This document shows, in pieces, positions 42,448 to 59,075 of a stretch of 64,000 nt of DNA; within the stretch, counting starts at the first letter, position 1, and each line of letters starts with the position of its first letter. The notes under the pieces are model-generated. The model ran no database searches. It saw only the letters and a program-made list of their open reading frames with translations, and was not told the origin of the DNA. The DNA is from the human T2T-CHM13v2.0 reference genome, Homo sapiens: assembly GCF_009914755.1 (NCBI RefSeq), contig NC_060927.1, one strand, 5' to 3'. The translations under genes were made by a program, and so were the position numbers.

Positions 42448-44363
42448 GATGTCCACTATAAACCCTAAATCAATGACTAAAATATCAAAACAAAGAGTTA
42501 CACCTAATAAGCCAAAAAAGGATACAAAATGGAATTATAAAAATGTTCAACTAATCCAAAGGTAGGCAGAAAAATAGATAAAGGGGAATAAACAGATGGA
42601 ACATATTGAAAACACATAATAAAATACTGTCAAATTTAACCATATCAATAATCACATTGAAGGCAAATGTTTTAAACATTTCCATTTAAAAGGCAGAGAT
42701 TGTCAAGATTGGATAAAAAACAAAATTAAAACATTTTTGCTGTCTAAAAGAAATACATTTTAATATAAAAACACAGGTTAAAAGTAACAGAATGGAAAAT
42801 AAATGCCAGGTTAACATTACTCAAAAGAAAGCCAGAATGGCTATGTTAATATCAGTTATACCAATTTCAGAACAAAGAATATTACTTGAATTATATGACA
42901 AAGTTCACTTCAAAATGATAAAGGGGTTAATCCATCAAGAAGACATAACAAGCCTAAATGCTTATGCTTCTAATAATAGAGCTTCAAAATACATAAATCA
43001 AAACCTGATCAAACTTCAAGGAGAAACAGACAAATACAAAATTTTAATCAGAAATTGAAATACCCTTTTTTCTGTAATTGATAGAATCAGTAGACAGAAG
43101 ATCAATAAGAATATAGAAGATTTGAGCAATACTAATAACCAATTTGACATAATTGACATATATATAAAACATCCCACCCAACAGGAGCAAAATACTCATT
43201 CTTTTCAAGCATGCACAGAACTTTTACCAAGATAAGCAATATTCTGGATCACAAAACAAGTTGCAGTACATTTAAATGGATCCAAGTCATGCAAAATGTG
43301 TTTTCTGATCTTAATGGAATTGAAATGGAAATCAATAAAAGAAAGTCTCTGGAAAATTCCCAAATATTTGAAAACCAAATAACACTTGGATCAAAAATAA
43401 ATCAGAATAAAAAAATGGAAAATATTTTAAACTGAATGAAAATACAATATATCATAATTTAGGAACTTCCCCTAAGCAGACATAAGGTAAAATTTATATA
43501 CTAAACGCCTATATTAGAAAAGAAGGAAGGTCAAATTAAAGGCATCAGCTTCATTTTATGAAACTATTATAGAAGAATAGGAGCAAATTCTGCCAAAGCC
43601 AATAACATGAAAATATGAAATACATAGGGATGAATATGACAAAAGTTGTTAAAGGCCTGTATTCTGAAAATAGAAAAGTATTGTTGAGATAAATCAAAGA
43701 AGACCAGAATAAATGGAGATAGACCTTGGTCTTTGAACAAAAGAGGCACTATTATTAAGATATCAGTTCTCTCCCATTAATCTATGGATTTAATGTTACA
43801 CCAATAAAAATATAATCAGCCTTTTTTCTTAAAAGGAAAGAAATTGACAATCTGAGTTTCAAAGTCATATGGAAGTGCAAAGAACCTAGAATTTTTAAAA
43901 CAACACTGAAAAAGAACAAAGTAGAATTAACACTACTTGAATTCCAGAAAAAAAAAATGATAAACTGGACACCACCAAAATTTAAATCAAATGACTTCAT
44001 TAAGAGGATGAACAGATATGCTACAAATTGAGAGAAAATATTTTCAAATAATATATCTGTAAAGGATTTATACCCAAAATGTATAACAAAATCTCTAAAC
44101 ACAATAATAAGAAACCAAAATACAAAATAAAAACCAGTCAAAATATTTAAACAATGCTTCACCAAAGGAGATAAGAGATAAGAAATAAGCACATGCTGTG
44201 AAATGCAAATGACAGCAAAAATGAGATACCACTTTACATGTAGCAAAATAAGTTAAAAAGATGATCATACCAAGTTAGTGGAGGGTGTGAGGAATTCCAA
44301 ACTCTTGTACACAGATGGGAATGTAAAATGATACAACCACTTTGGAAAACAACTGGGTAGATT

Positions 44364-44770
<407 letters not shown>

Positions 44771-45119
44771 TAGAACCTTTATTTCTATTAGTATGAAACC
44801 CAAAACAACCTAAATATTCATCAGCAGATGAACAGATAAATTGTGAAATAAGCATAAAATGGAATACAACTCAGTAATAAGAAGGAATTAACTATTGAAT
44901 ATTAAAATAATTATGCTGAATGAAAGAAGTCAGATTCTCTCCTTGGCAAGAGTATATACTGGATAATTCCATTAGTATAAAACTTTAGAAAATGCAAACT
45001 ATAGTAACAGAAAGAATATGAGTGGTTGCTGGATGGGACACTGGGGAAGAGAGAGAGGGATTCCAAAGAATATAAGAACACTGTTGGGAGTGATAGATAA
45101 GGATACAATCTTGATTGCA

Positions 45120-45206
45120 GTAATAGTTACATAGACATGTAACTATTACATGTTACAAGTTACATTTTGTAACTATTACAAGTTACATGTCTATGTAACT
45201 ATTACA
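45120..45206. repeat. Nested inverted and direct repeats
   Basis: 45120-45144 is the exact reverse complement of 45181-45205 (25 bp). 45120-45132 also pairs with 45137-45149. Confidence 0.95.
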
Positions 45207-45319
45207 TATACATGTCATACATATGTCAATACATATGTCAAAACATATCAAATTACATATTTTAAATATGCGCAATTTTTTATGTGTCAATTATATCTGA
45301 ACAAAGCAGTTAAAAAATG

Positions 45320-46700
45320 TTGAGTCCACATTGTTATTTTAAATTCAAATGAAATGCCATAAGATTCTTTTTCACCTTCACATTCCCTCCTAGTGTTCTC
45401 CTTTTCTCACCGTGAAAACTAGTTCCTAATAAAGTTAAAATAGGTACTTATCGTTCTATCTCACAACACACAGGCAACTATAATCACACACAGACCTAGA
45501 GAGAAAGAGAGAGAAAGTTGGTTTTAGGATTGTATCTATACTATTACTAAAAGAATATCATAAAAGTAAAAATTAAAGGTTTCTTGTAGTTCTTTTGGTC
45601 CATATGATATAAACCATTAAAGTACACTTAAAGTGTTCAATAAGAAAACTGTGTTCAAATTACTTGAGTTCTTATTTAAAAAATATAGTTTTTCAAAATA
45701 AAACTATATGAAAATGTATACTCAAATATTTCTCCCATAATAATCTTTTCACTTACCATTTCCATTTACCTCATAAAAGGATACTATATTCTTAATTTCT
45801 TTTTGCAAAAAAACCTAAATTTATATTTTTTATATTTGCATATGTATATACGTGTATGTATGCATACTTATTTCTTATTTCTCATTTGTTACACAAATAG
45901 TGGCATACTGTGCAATATCTTTATCAACTTTCTTACAGTTTGATTTTTTTTTAACTTAATACATCTTAGATGTAACACAGACCATGAATATCCACTTCAT
46001 TCATCTTCAGCTACATACTTCCTACTCATCATTATTCACTCAAATTAGCTTCCTATGGATGGCATCCTATGACAGTTTTCACTATTTTGCCTTTCCAAAT
46101 GATGGCACAATGAATAAACTCTTGCATAGATATAGATAAATATGAATGTAGATATAGATCTGGAATAGATATAGGAAGTTTATTTTTAGGGGAAATTCCT
46201 AGAAAGGGAACTGTTTCTGTTGTGGAAGATAATACAGATTTCACCACAATGGTTATTGTATAGTTTACACTTGCTCCAGAATCTATACCTGACTCCCGCC
46301 TATGTATGTATTGTCAAACTTTAAAGTTTGCAAATACAACAGGTTAGGAATGGTATCACATTGTGCATTAAATTTGTATCTTTGTGATAATGAGTGGTGT
46401 CTATATGGTTTACTTTTTTATTCACCAAAATTCTTGTTTCATTTGGAACTTATTGTGGTGAGTAATGTTAGGTTGTGAAATAAGTATTCAGTTGTCTCAA
46501 CATAATTTATTACAAATATTTATGTTTTCAACAGTGAACTGAGATGCTACCTTTACTATACACGAAGTTTTCATACATTCTTAAGTAGATTTCTGGTAAT
46601 CTATTTTGTTCATTGGAGAAACCTCATATGCTTTTAATTATGGTGGTTATAGAGTATGCTTTTATATTTGGCAGGACTGCTACTGCCTCTTGTTATTTTT
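45320..46700 (-). mobile_element. Old L1 (L1MC/ME-like) remnants
   Basis: gagtccacattgttattttaaattcaaat...acacaaatagtggcatactgtgc...gggaaattcctagaaagggaactg...cagttgtctcaacataatttatt. Confidence 0.55.
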
Positions 46701-46728
46701 GGAGGGATTTTCTAACTCCTTGCCTGTT

Positions 46729-49355
<2,627 letters not shown>

Positions 49356-49432
49356 AAAATGTTAGCCCCAACTTTTTAGTTTAAGAAAATGAAAACTTCG
49401 CATTTTTATAAACATTATGTTCAATTTATATA

Positions 49433-49955
49433 TTGATATAGTTGATTACAAGATAGCTATAAATTATTTGCTATTTATGTATTGAGACATGGAATCTGAT
49501 TTCCCCTCCCTGGAGTCTGAGCTGGCCATTATGATTTGCTTGTCTATTGGAGTGTAGAAGTGACATTCTGAGACTTAGAGGCTTGGGCAGAAAAAGCCTC
49601 ACAGACACTTTCTAGGTCTAGGAACCTCAGTTTTAGGAACTGAGGAAGTTCCTTTCTAGCAACCTCTTAGGACCCAGACACCATGCTGTTAGGAAGTCCA
49701 AGCAGCTCCCTGTACAAGCCACATGAACAGGAGCCAATTATCCTTGTCAGCAACCTTGGCTGAGTCAATAGCCACTACCAACCGGATAGCCACATGAGTG
49801 AGTCTTCTTAGAGGTGGATCCTCTAGCCCTAATAGAATCACCCAGCTGATGCCATATGGAACTGAGTTGAGTCATCCTCAATAAGCCCTACTCAAATTTC
49901 AGATTTGTTTGACAAAAACTGAATAATTATTAAAGATTACTGTTGTTATAAGCCA
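49433..49955 (+). mobile_element. MLT1-family (MLT1F/G-like) solo LTR
   Basis: gagacatggaatctgatttcccctccctggagtctgagctggcc...ccatgctgttaggaagtccaagcagc...gccctactcaaatttcagatttgt...tgttgttataagcca. Confidence 0.75.
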
Positions 49956-50729
49956 GAAAAATTATCTTAGGGAGAATTAAAACTGGATGGATAATTTTTA
50001 AACTTTCTGCTTTGCACTAAGTTGTCATCAAATACTCTTTATACCTTCATTTTTCTACCCTATTCTATTAAAAATAACGTTTAGAGGATTGTAATACAGT
50101 CTATTTAAATAAGCATTTTACCTTAAACACCTTAATAATACTAGTAATATCTTATAAAACATTAATCCTGAATAGCATAACATTATACTTGTTTAGTAAA
50201 ATGAATAGTTTCTAATAATTAAAATAAATTGTTACTCTTATCCTGTATACTTCAAATAAGAGTTCAAGGCAGTTAAAAATCTACCTATGCATCAGGTCCC
50301 TATTATAAGTAAATAGAAGGAGAAACCTATAAAAAGTAGGGATTACATTATTACATTGTTTTCTTGGTTCTAAGTTTCATCCTTTTAAACTAATATTTCT
50401 CAACTTGGATGCTTCTTGTGATTGATATATATGTTTAATGTAGTGACTCTCCTACCGTCCAAAAGCTATTGCTAAGTCAAATAATATGTTAGGATTGAAG
50501 AATTATGTATACATTTTGAAGCATTTTCCTTTTTTTTCTAAAATAAAATCAGCATCTATAGATAGATATCTGAGAACTGCAAGAGGATTCTTCAGGCAAT
50601 TTGATTGAAATGGCCAATGTAGTTAGACAGATATCCAGTTTGCATAGGAGGAAAAGAATTAATGGATGGATGATGTATTTTTCTCTGCTTAGCATTGCGT
50701 TTTTCAGTCATATATGTAAGCATAGAGCC

Positions 50730-50930
50730 AGTAGTGTATACAGTGTGGTCACAGATACTGAAGCCAGACTCCTTGGTTTCAGATCTCAGCTCTTCCATGG
50801 TAGCCATATGACCTTGGGAAATTTTTGCTTCCATTATAGTTTTCTATGAGTATTCAATAAGTTAATACTCATAAAGCACAAAGGAAAGTAATAGCATATA
50901 GTTTGCACCTTGCAGAAGTTTGTTAAATAA
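50730..50930 (+). mobile_element. MIR
   Basis: cagtgtggtcacagatactgaagccagactccttggtttcagatctcagctc...tgaccttggg...aataagttaatactcataaagcac. Confidence 0.75.
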
Positions 50931-51634
50931 AATTAAAATGCAGGGAGGACCTCAGAAGGGGAAAAGCTAAATAAGTATTTTAACGGAAAGAAAAAAGGAA
51001 AAAATAGAGCAGGCAACACTGTAATAGGATTTATTTAAGCAGCTGCTGTTTCTTTACATAAACTCTTATTCACTTATATAAAGCACCTCTGTAGAAAGTA
51101 TGAAAGGTGCTTCAGAGAAGTTTTCGAGCCTTTAGAAAGTTCCAAAGCCTAAATATATATATGAACCTTTTTGTATTGCAGCAAGTCATTCTGTTATGTA
51201 CACATTTTAGTACAGATGGCTATTTTGAGAGAGTGTACGTAAAACTGGTTATAACAAATGAATTTTCTATTCCCAAGATTTGTTTTTCTCTCAGTATGTT
51301 ATCATTTTGAGCTACATTTTTGGAAGCATATATGACAGGTGTACTTACCAACTGTGCCTGAAAGAATGATGTTTTGAAAAAAAAAATCTACCACTTCAAA
51401 CCTCTAGTTCTCTGTTCTTTCTTCACGTTGAAATTATTTCTGGATGAATTTGTTTATTTCTTATTTCTCAGGTGTATTTATTTATACTTTGTACCCTACC
51501 TACATCTCAAATGATTTTAAGATAGCTTTTAAAAATTCATGTATAATAAGACAGTTAAAATTAAAAAAAAAAAATCTGACACTACATGTATATGACTGTA
51601 TGAGAGCGTGAGGTTCTCAATGGAAAAGTGCATA

Positions 51635-52031
51635 TGTTACCAGTGGATGGTGTCCAGGTTCTTGGCAACTTGAACAAAGAATTGGACAAAATGCACAGAC
51701 AAAGCAAGGAAAGAATGAAGCAACAAAAGCAGAGATTCATTGAAAATGAAAGTACACTCCACAGAGTGGCAGTGGGCCCAAGCATAGGGGCTCAAGAGCC
51801 CTGTTAAAGAATTTTTTGGGGGTTTAAATATCCTCAAGAGGTTTCCATTGGTTACTTGATGTACACCCTATGTAAATGAAGAGGATGAAGGAAAGTTACA
51901 AAGTCATTTACTCGGTGTTTGTCCTATGTAAATGGAGAGGATATTTCCTGTCATAGCTGAAGTGTTTCCCTTTGATTTAGTTTTAGGAAGTCCTTAGGTT
52001 TCCTGCATCCAGACCCCATTCTCCTGCTTCA
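51635..52031 (-). mobile_element. ERV1 solo LTR, MER61-like
   Basis: TG...CA ends (tgttaccagtgg...ccagaccccattctcctgcttca) with a perfect 4-bp TSD CATA (51631-51634 / 52032-52035); tgtccaggttcttggc...gaacaaagaattggacaaaa typical of the MER4 group. Confidence 0.88.
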
Positions 52032-52429
52032 CATATGCCTAAAACTTTGTAATATCAAATTTTGTTTTGAGCTTGCTGGTAGGCAAGACAAAAAGGAGCA
52101 CTGATTAAAAGTATTCTAAGTTAATTAGAGCTCATAACTATTTTCTTTTCCTTGTCCTGAATTCTGAAAAGCATCCATTGGGTGGTTCCTACCTACACAG
52201 AAATAATACTCTCTACAGAGCTTTTGCAAAACATACAGAGATGTCTCTCATATCCCACCCACTTTTGATGAAAGTCATAGGTGTACTACGCAAATGTCAC
52301 TTAGTGAAAATGTAAGTTGGTGTTTGGTTTTGGATTATTTTATTCATTTGTTTGTTCATTTGCTGTTGGTGAGACCCAGCTAACGTGGTCCAGATGTGTT
52401 GCCTTCTCCTCTGGTGACAATTAGAATTC

Positions 52430-52620
52430 TTAATGAAGTTGTTTTCAGAAGATGACCCCCACCACTATCTGAATTAAAATCACATGAATAATTTGTTAAA
52501 ATGTACATTCCAGGTCCTCAGCTCAGTCTTACCCAATGAGAATTTTGGGGACTGGGTTATTTTTTAAAAGCTTCTCAAAGGATTGTTATGAACACCAAAG
52601 AGGGCAAATTACTTTCTTAG
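52430..52620. mobile_element. MER5A-like DNA transposon remnant
   Basis: aatcacatgaataatttgttaaaatgtacattccaggtcctcagctcagtcttac...aagcttctcaaaggattgttatgaacaccaaag. Confidence 0.55.
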
Positions 52621-55600
52621 ACAAGTAGACCTGTAGGAAAGGGATCAAAGGGCAATCTAAGCTACAAGAAAGTGAAGGTTTGAAGACTTTGCATACTACT
52701 CTGCAGGATTTTACAACTGACAAGTTGACAGCTTCTTCCTCATCTCAAAGACGAGGAAATCATTTTGTCTTACCTACCAGAAAGGATTGCTGTAAAGATT
52801 ACATTAGACAATAAATGTAAAAATGCTTTGTAAACCATTATATAAAAAAGAAGACACAGTTTTCATTATTATCAAGAAAAACATGTAGTTTTTAAAATCT
52901 AACTCTTATAAGGAGGTTGTTAGGCATAGAACTTTGGGATCTCATGGTGTGTTTAACTCCCGAATTTCACTCACTATGGTATCTAAAATAAAAGCCTTAA
53001 ATTCTGGGTCTCAGGGAATCTGGAGATCCTCTGCTTCCTAAATAGAATTTCAAGCTCCTTCTATCTTTAGATTTGCCTTCCCCATTCTTCCAACTCCATG
53101 TGCTGCCAATTCCTGGGGCATTTGGGGTTCTATAGTGCAAATTGAATTGGTTTTTGACCTTCTTTACTGCTAACCTAGGAATCAACTTTCTTAGCTAAGG
53201 ATTTGCTTCTTGTCTTTCTGCAGTCTAGCTTCTAAAATAGTGCCATTTTCTCTGTCCCTCCTGCCCCCTTTGTTTTGTTATTGTGAGATTTTTTCCTCTT
53301 TCAGAAATTATTTGCAGTCATTTTAAGGGGCACTGGGCAGTGGGGGGAAAGCTAACCCAAGATTTTTGCTTTGAAGTTGTTCTTTTAAAATGTGAATGCT
53401 TTCTCCTTAAAATCATTAGTTGCAAACTTGGTTCACACTCTTGTTTTATGATGTTTTAAAATGTGATGCATATATTTTGCCCTCAGCTAAAAAAAATAGG
53501 AATCATCCCACCCACTCCAAAGCCCCAGATCTGGTTACTTTATTCTCAGTAGCAGGATGGAAGAAAGAAGGAAGAGGGAAGGAAGGTAGGAAGGAAGCCA
53601 AAATTAATGGATATTAATTTTGAAGAGTATTGGTGATGATCCTTGTCAGCAATGTATTAATACTTCCTAGATTTTCTTATGACTCTCCTTTTTTTCATAT
53701 AAAATCTGATGAATGTGACAAGTTTATGCCTGATTGTACTGGTAGAGTAATAAACTTAAGTTTGTAAGTGCATGGTGACTTTCAGCAATATCCAGTAAAG
53801 GGACTTGGGAAAAAAATAGGTTTTAGGAACCCTATCAATAAAACATAGGTAATTAAAGAACTAAAAATGGTGTAACTTTCGTATGGTAGTTAGAGAAATT
53901 TAACAGGCATGGTGACAGTCTACATTATTAGTAGATGCTGTGGCTATACATATTTATACTATAAGTCCAAGGCACCCCATATAAAACTATGAACAATCAA
54001 AGAGATATCGGGTCTTTGCAGATAGATGTCCTAACTACTTCTCATTTTCCATAGGTCTGTTGCTACCAGGTATGTGATTAGGAAGCTGTCATAACCTAAA
54101 TTACTCCTTTGTTGAGTCTCTGTTGGGTGTAATTCCATTAATTGCTTTACAGGAGAGAGAAATAGCTTGGGATAGACAAGTTTTGAAGAGAATTAAGAAC
54201 AGCAGTTGTGCTTCAGAGTAGAATCCAGGCTAGTGACATACAAGAGCAATAATCCGAATTTGTTCCATTCTCAGGTAGTCCTACTTCTAATCTTTATATT
54301 GAAGTTTTATGACTACTGTAAAATTAATTTGGAAATAGCATAGAACTATCCTTCTCCTTCAGATGACTTCTGATGAGTCCATTCTTAGTTGTACAGTCTT
54401 ACAGAACCGGGAAAAATGATTCAGTGAAGGCATCACAGCCTTCTTGCTACTTTGCTTTGGTTCATTCAAAGCTTGCTGCTTCTAAACTAAGACTTCCTTG
54501 GGATTACCCTTGCTAGTCTCTCCCAGGGTCCTGTTTCAAGGGTATGTAGGCATGGTGTTGATTCCAGTGCTAGAGTACTGCTCTACGAAGAGGCCCCAAA
54601 TGATCCACTGGGCCAAAATATCTTTGCATGTTCTATAATGTACTTTATAATCTATTCATACAGCACTACATTTGTATGGTTTATACACATGCATGGAATG
54701 GAGGTTCATCCTCAAAATGTTTGTAAAACTATCCCATAAAATAAGAAAATTATTCGAAGAGTACAGTTAACCTTATCTGATGCTTCTGTGAAGATAAGCA
54801 CACAATTGTTTTGGTCTTCTCTTTAACAGAGAAGTGTAACTCCAGAAGCTTGAAGCCTTGCATTATCTCATTAGGCAGGTGAGTCCCCTAACTTCTATTG
54901 CCACTACTCATTTTTACCAAAAAATTTTGTCTTACCATTAGCATTATTGAGAGCAATAACCAGTGCGAGTAATAATAAAATATCCAGTGAAAATAAAACC
55001 TAAATGTAGAAGAATTTTAGAGTTTAGGAAGGTGTCAAATTTAGAGGTATGCATTCTCATTCTTACATTATACTCAATGGTGATGTATAAGCTATTAAAA
55101 ACAAACCATATTAAAGAAAGGGCATTTGTTTTGTAACTTTTTTCAAATGAACAAATTGGTGATACCTAAGACCATTTTATTTGCTGTCTCCTCTATTTGC
55201 TGAAGTGTCCAACTCTTTGTGACAGCTGAAATGACAATCACTGCATGACATAACCATTTACCTAGTGTGTACAGGGATATTTCAGAAATATTAACCATGT
55301 GGGAGTCATTTAAAAGGCAAGTAAGTATGACCAGAGTCATTTAGCACTTAGAAACTTCCAGAGCAGCAGTTTAAAAAATAGCCTTGGGCCACAGAGTCTT
55401 CTTTGCCAGCTAACATATTGGGTTTATTATATATATATGTATATTAAAAAAACCATTGTGATGCCTTGATCTCTGATTCACAAATTTAGAGCACTGCTAG
55501 CTTCAAATCATGGTGTGTACCTTATGGTTTCTTATTTATGATTCTCTGGGCTTCTGTGTGCGTGTGTATGTGTGTGTGTATGTGTGTTTAGAAGGGGGTG

Positions 55601-56669
55601 GTGGTTTCTTCACTGCTTTCATCATTTGCATGCTTGTGTTTGGTTTTAACGAGGAGGTGTATGTTTTTGGTTCTATGTTTTGTTGAAATTCCTTATCACA
55701 AAAGTCCACTACCTTAATAACCATCTTGCAGGCTAAATGTGACTCCTGAAAGTCATAGGTGTTTTATTCTGAATTTACATACTTGTCCTTAACTGGCAGA
55801 TATGCAAGTTTCCTCCTTCTATACTTTGTTGATTTGTATAGGTCTCCTATTCTGAGGACATAGTGAGAGAAAATGTGGTACATGTTCTAGTAAAATGAGT
55901 GGTTATTCTTGCTATTCGGTAGAGACAGCGGAGGCAGGTGAATTATGTTCCACTGTGTCAGCCCCAAGCTAAATAGAGCTTTATCTTTTCCACACAGTGA
56001 AAGCATCTAGAGGGAATGCAAAGTAGTTTCCATTGTGCAATGAATCACTCATTAAAGTCAATTGACATCCAAGGAACACTTGTTTCAGTTATCACAGCTA
56101 TTGGTAGGGGGAAGCTGGTTATCAAAGAAAGACAGAATACCACAATGGACCAATCATCTCCTTATTTTATTTTTTTTTTCAAATAAAAAACATACTTAGA
56201 AGTCAATTCATTACATTTTCTAGGTTCATGCATTGAAATTCAGGTTCCCCAACTTCCAAATTCTATGTTAAAAGTTTCTGAATATATATACATTATTTTC
56301 ACCTCTAGAAAGTTATTGAAACTATTAAATTGCTTGGATGGCTGAAGATCAAAAGCATTACAGTCAATTAAGGGGAGAATGCCATACTAAGTGATCTTTG
56401 GAATATAATACTTTAAATACTAATTCAGCTTTACAACCTGAAGGTAAAAACCAAACAATTACATGGGACAAAAACTGCTTTAATGTATTACTTCTTATCT
56501 AAACACTGTTAAAATGCTCAAATTCTACTACTAGTATAAAATGAAAAAAATGAGCACCAAAATATATCATGTTCTCCACCGTCAAGTCCTTTTGACTGGT
56601 GAGAAAATACTGGTTCATATTTTATCTAAGTGTTCCCAACCCATCCTCTTCACATTATACTTGGATGCA

Positions 56670-56830
56670 CCATGGTGTGCTGAAAAGAAGTTTGGCTTAA
56701 TTTCAGACTCAAACATTACCTCTTCATGTAGTCTCAAGTTAATGAACTTCCCTGGGCCTGAGTTTCCTCATTTATAAACAAAGGGAGTGTGAGAGCACTC
56801 ATAAAATATTATCTGAAAAGACTGAAAAGC
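56670..56830 (+). mobile_element. MIR fragment
   Basis: caagttaatgaacttccctgggcctgagtttcctcatttataaacaaaggg. Confidence 0.65.
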
Positions 56831-57114
56831 AAACGTGAATGAGTAGTGTCCAGTGAAGGGTGTGTGCCAGTAATCCACTTGAGATTGTTCATGCCTTTCA
56901 TTCTGTGTGTTAGCGGCAGAGATGGAGGGAAATGAACTAATGAAAGAAATATGTAGATGGATAGGATCAAAGGAATTCAAAGTAGAGTAGTGAGCGAGCT
57001 GAAAAATTTTGTATAGTTTCTCTAGGATTCTAAGAAAGAAACTCATTTGATGACTGATATTTATAATGCTTCAAGTTTATTAATGGCTTACTGCAATGTG
57101 TCTCAATAAAAGGT

Positions 57115-57260
57115 GACTGATGTTATCCACGTTTTTCAGATGGATAAGTTGAGGTCAAAGAAGATAAATACCTTTCCTAACATTCCATGGCTCATAGGTG
57201 GGAGCATTTGGATTTGACTGTACATCTGTCTGACTTCAAAGTCCAGGTTCTCAGCACTGG
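57115..57260 (-). mobile_element. MIR fragment
   Basis: tttcagatggataagttgaggtcaaagaagataaata...ggatttgac...tctgtctgacttcaaagtcc. Confidence 0.65.
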
Positions 57261-58498
57261 GTGAAGAAGCCTCCCAAATTGTGGTAAAGGTACCTAGTTA
57301 TTATCACACCACATAGTGGTAAGCGAGATTATAGAGCAGGAATAATTCCCCTTAGGATACTGAGTTTACCTTCCACCATTTGAAAAAAGAATTTCTTCTT
57401 TGATTAGGTATTTGGCCTGTGTCTTGCTAAAGCTGTTTCATCAGACATAAGTTTATGTTGTGATTAGAGAAATGTGTACTATTCCTTATCTTAAGCTATC
57501 TCTTAATAAAGTTACAATTCATAACTATAAACAATATGGAATCATTAGTAAATAGCATAATCTGGCATTTTGGGCCACTTAGCGAAAGTCGTTAGAATAC
57601 CATTTCATTGATTAAAAGGTAAGTTTACCCATATCGTTAATATAAATAGCCATCTGTTTATACCATGAGCATGGTAACAGGCAAATCAGAGCAGGAAGCA
57701 GGGTGCATGCAATAGCATTTGGAACCTTGGCGAATCAGACCACAGCAGGACTTTATTAATTAAATTGCTGTAGGCTGATTGCTGAAGGCATTGGTCTGTT
57801 CTGTTAGAACTCAAATGACAAGAGTCACGCAACTGTTTGTACCTAGTAAATTCCTTAATCATTTGACTCTCCGTGTATGGCTTATAATTCTCTTCCCCTT
57901 CCACTGAAGGATAAACAAGTTATCTTTCACTTTATCCATGGCTGCTGAATACCTCTTTCAGCTCACAAGCATTGAAGACAAAGAACATTATCTTAAGAAG
58001 AAAAGTATGAGTGCCCAATTCCATTGCCAAATAGGCCCTTACAGAGCTATTTATGGAATCCTAAAGTTAATACATACGGCAGTAATAATGAACTGAGACT
58101 AAAATAATTTGCTTCTAGACATAGTTCTGCTACATTTAAAAAGTATGTCAGCCTTGACCAAATCACTTTATCTTAGTTTTCTCACCTAAGAAATGAGGAG
58201 GTTGTACAATTTAAGGTGTCTATCAGTCATGAAATCTCAATATCTGTTCATCTATGTTTAATTTCATGAAGTATATTAAAAATTATTGGAATAATTTGTG
58301 CAGCTTAAAGTTTATTCATAATTTATCCATTTGAAGTATCTGTGTATTTCAAGATGGCTCTGTTGTTTTCTATTCTTACTCCTTTTGAAATAATAGATGT
58401 TTGATTTTCTGTGAATCTTTGGAAGGATTCCAGATGTTTTCATTGGAGTCTTTCTTAGCCATTAGCATATGATTTCATCAATTTCCTTTAACTCCTAT

Positions 58499-58715
58499 CA
58501 GTGGTTCTCAACTTAAGACATTTTGGCATTCTCAAAATAAGACATTTTTGGTTGTCACAAATTGGGAGATGCTACTGGTATCTCTATTACATAAAGACTA
58601 GGAATGCTGTTTTAAATCTCACAATTCACAAGGTAACTCCATAACCCCAACACAAAATTTTCCTGCCCAAAATGTCAACAGTATACTTTTCCATAGGTAT
58701 TTGGAGAAATCCTAA
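58499..58715 (+). mobile_element. MER20-like hAT-Charlie DNA transposon
   Basis: cagtggttctcaac...gacatttttggttgtcacaa...gatgctactggtatct...gcccaaaatgtcaacagt...gagaaatcct. Confidence 0.85.
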
Positions 58716-58874
58716 ACTAACTATGCACATTAAAGTACAGAGGAACTAGCCTGGGAGTCTTATTTTTATACCAAGTATAAAGCACACTGCAGGGAAGTTG
58801 TAAGTCAGTTTATTATGCATTTTAAAAGCATCATTTGATACTTAACTATAAATAATTATTTTCCATTTCAAAAT

Positions 58875-59075
58875 TCAGTGGGATAGATGGTAAATGCATG
58901 GACTTTGGAGTAGGTGAACTTGGGTTCATATCCTGACTTTATCATTTAATAGTTATATGACTTCAGACAACTTCTTTCTCATTTCTGAGTCTCAGTGCTC
59001 TCATCTGAAAAAGTGTTTAGTTGTATCTTCCTTTCATTGTTGTAAGACTTAAAATGGAACATTAAGTGCTTATAA
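58875..59075 (+). mobile_element. MIR
   Basis: gcatggactttggagtaggtgaacttgggttcatatcctgac...tctgagtctcagtgctctcatctgaaaa. Confidence 0.75.
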
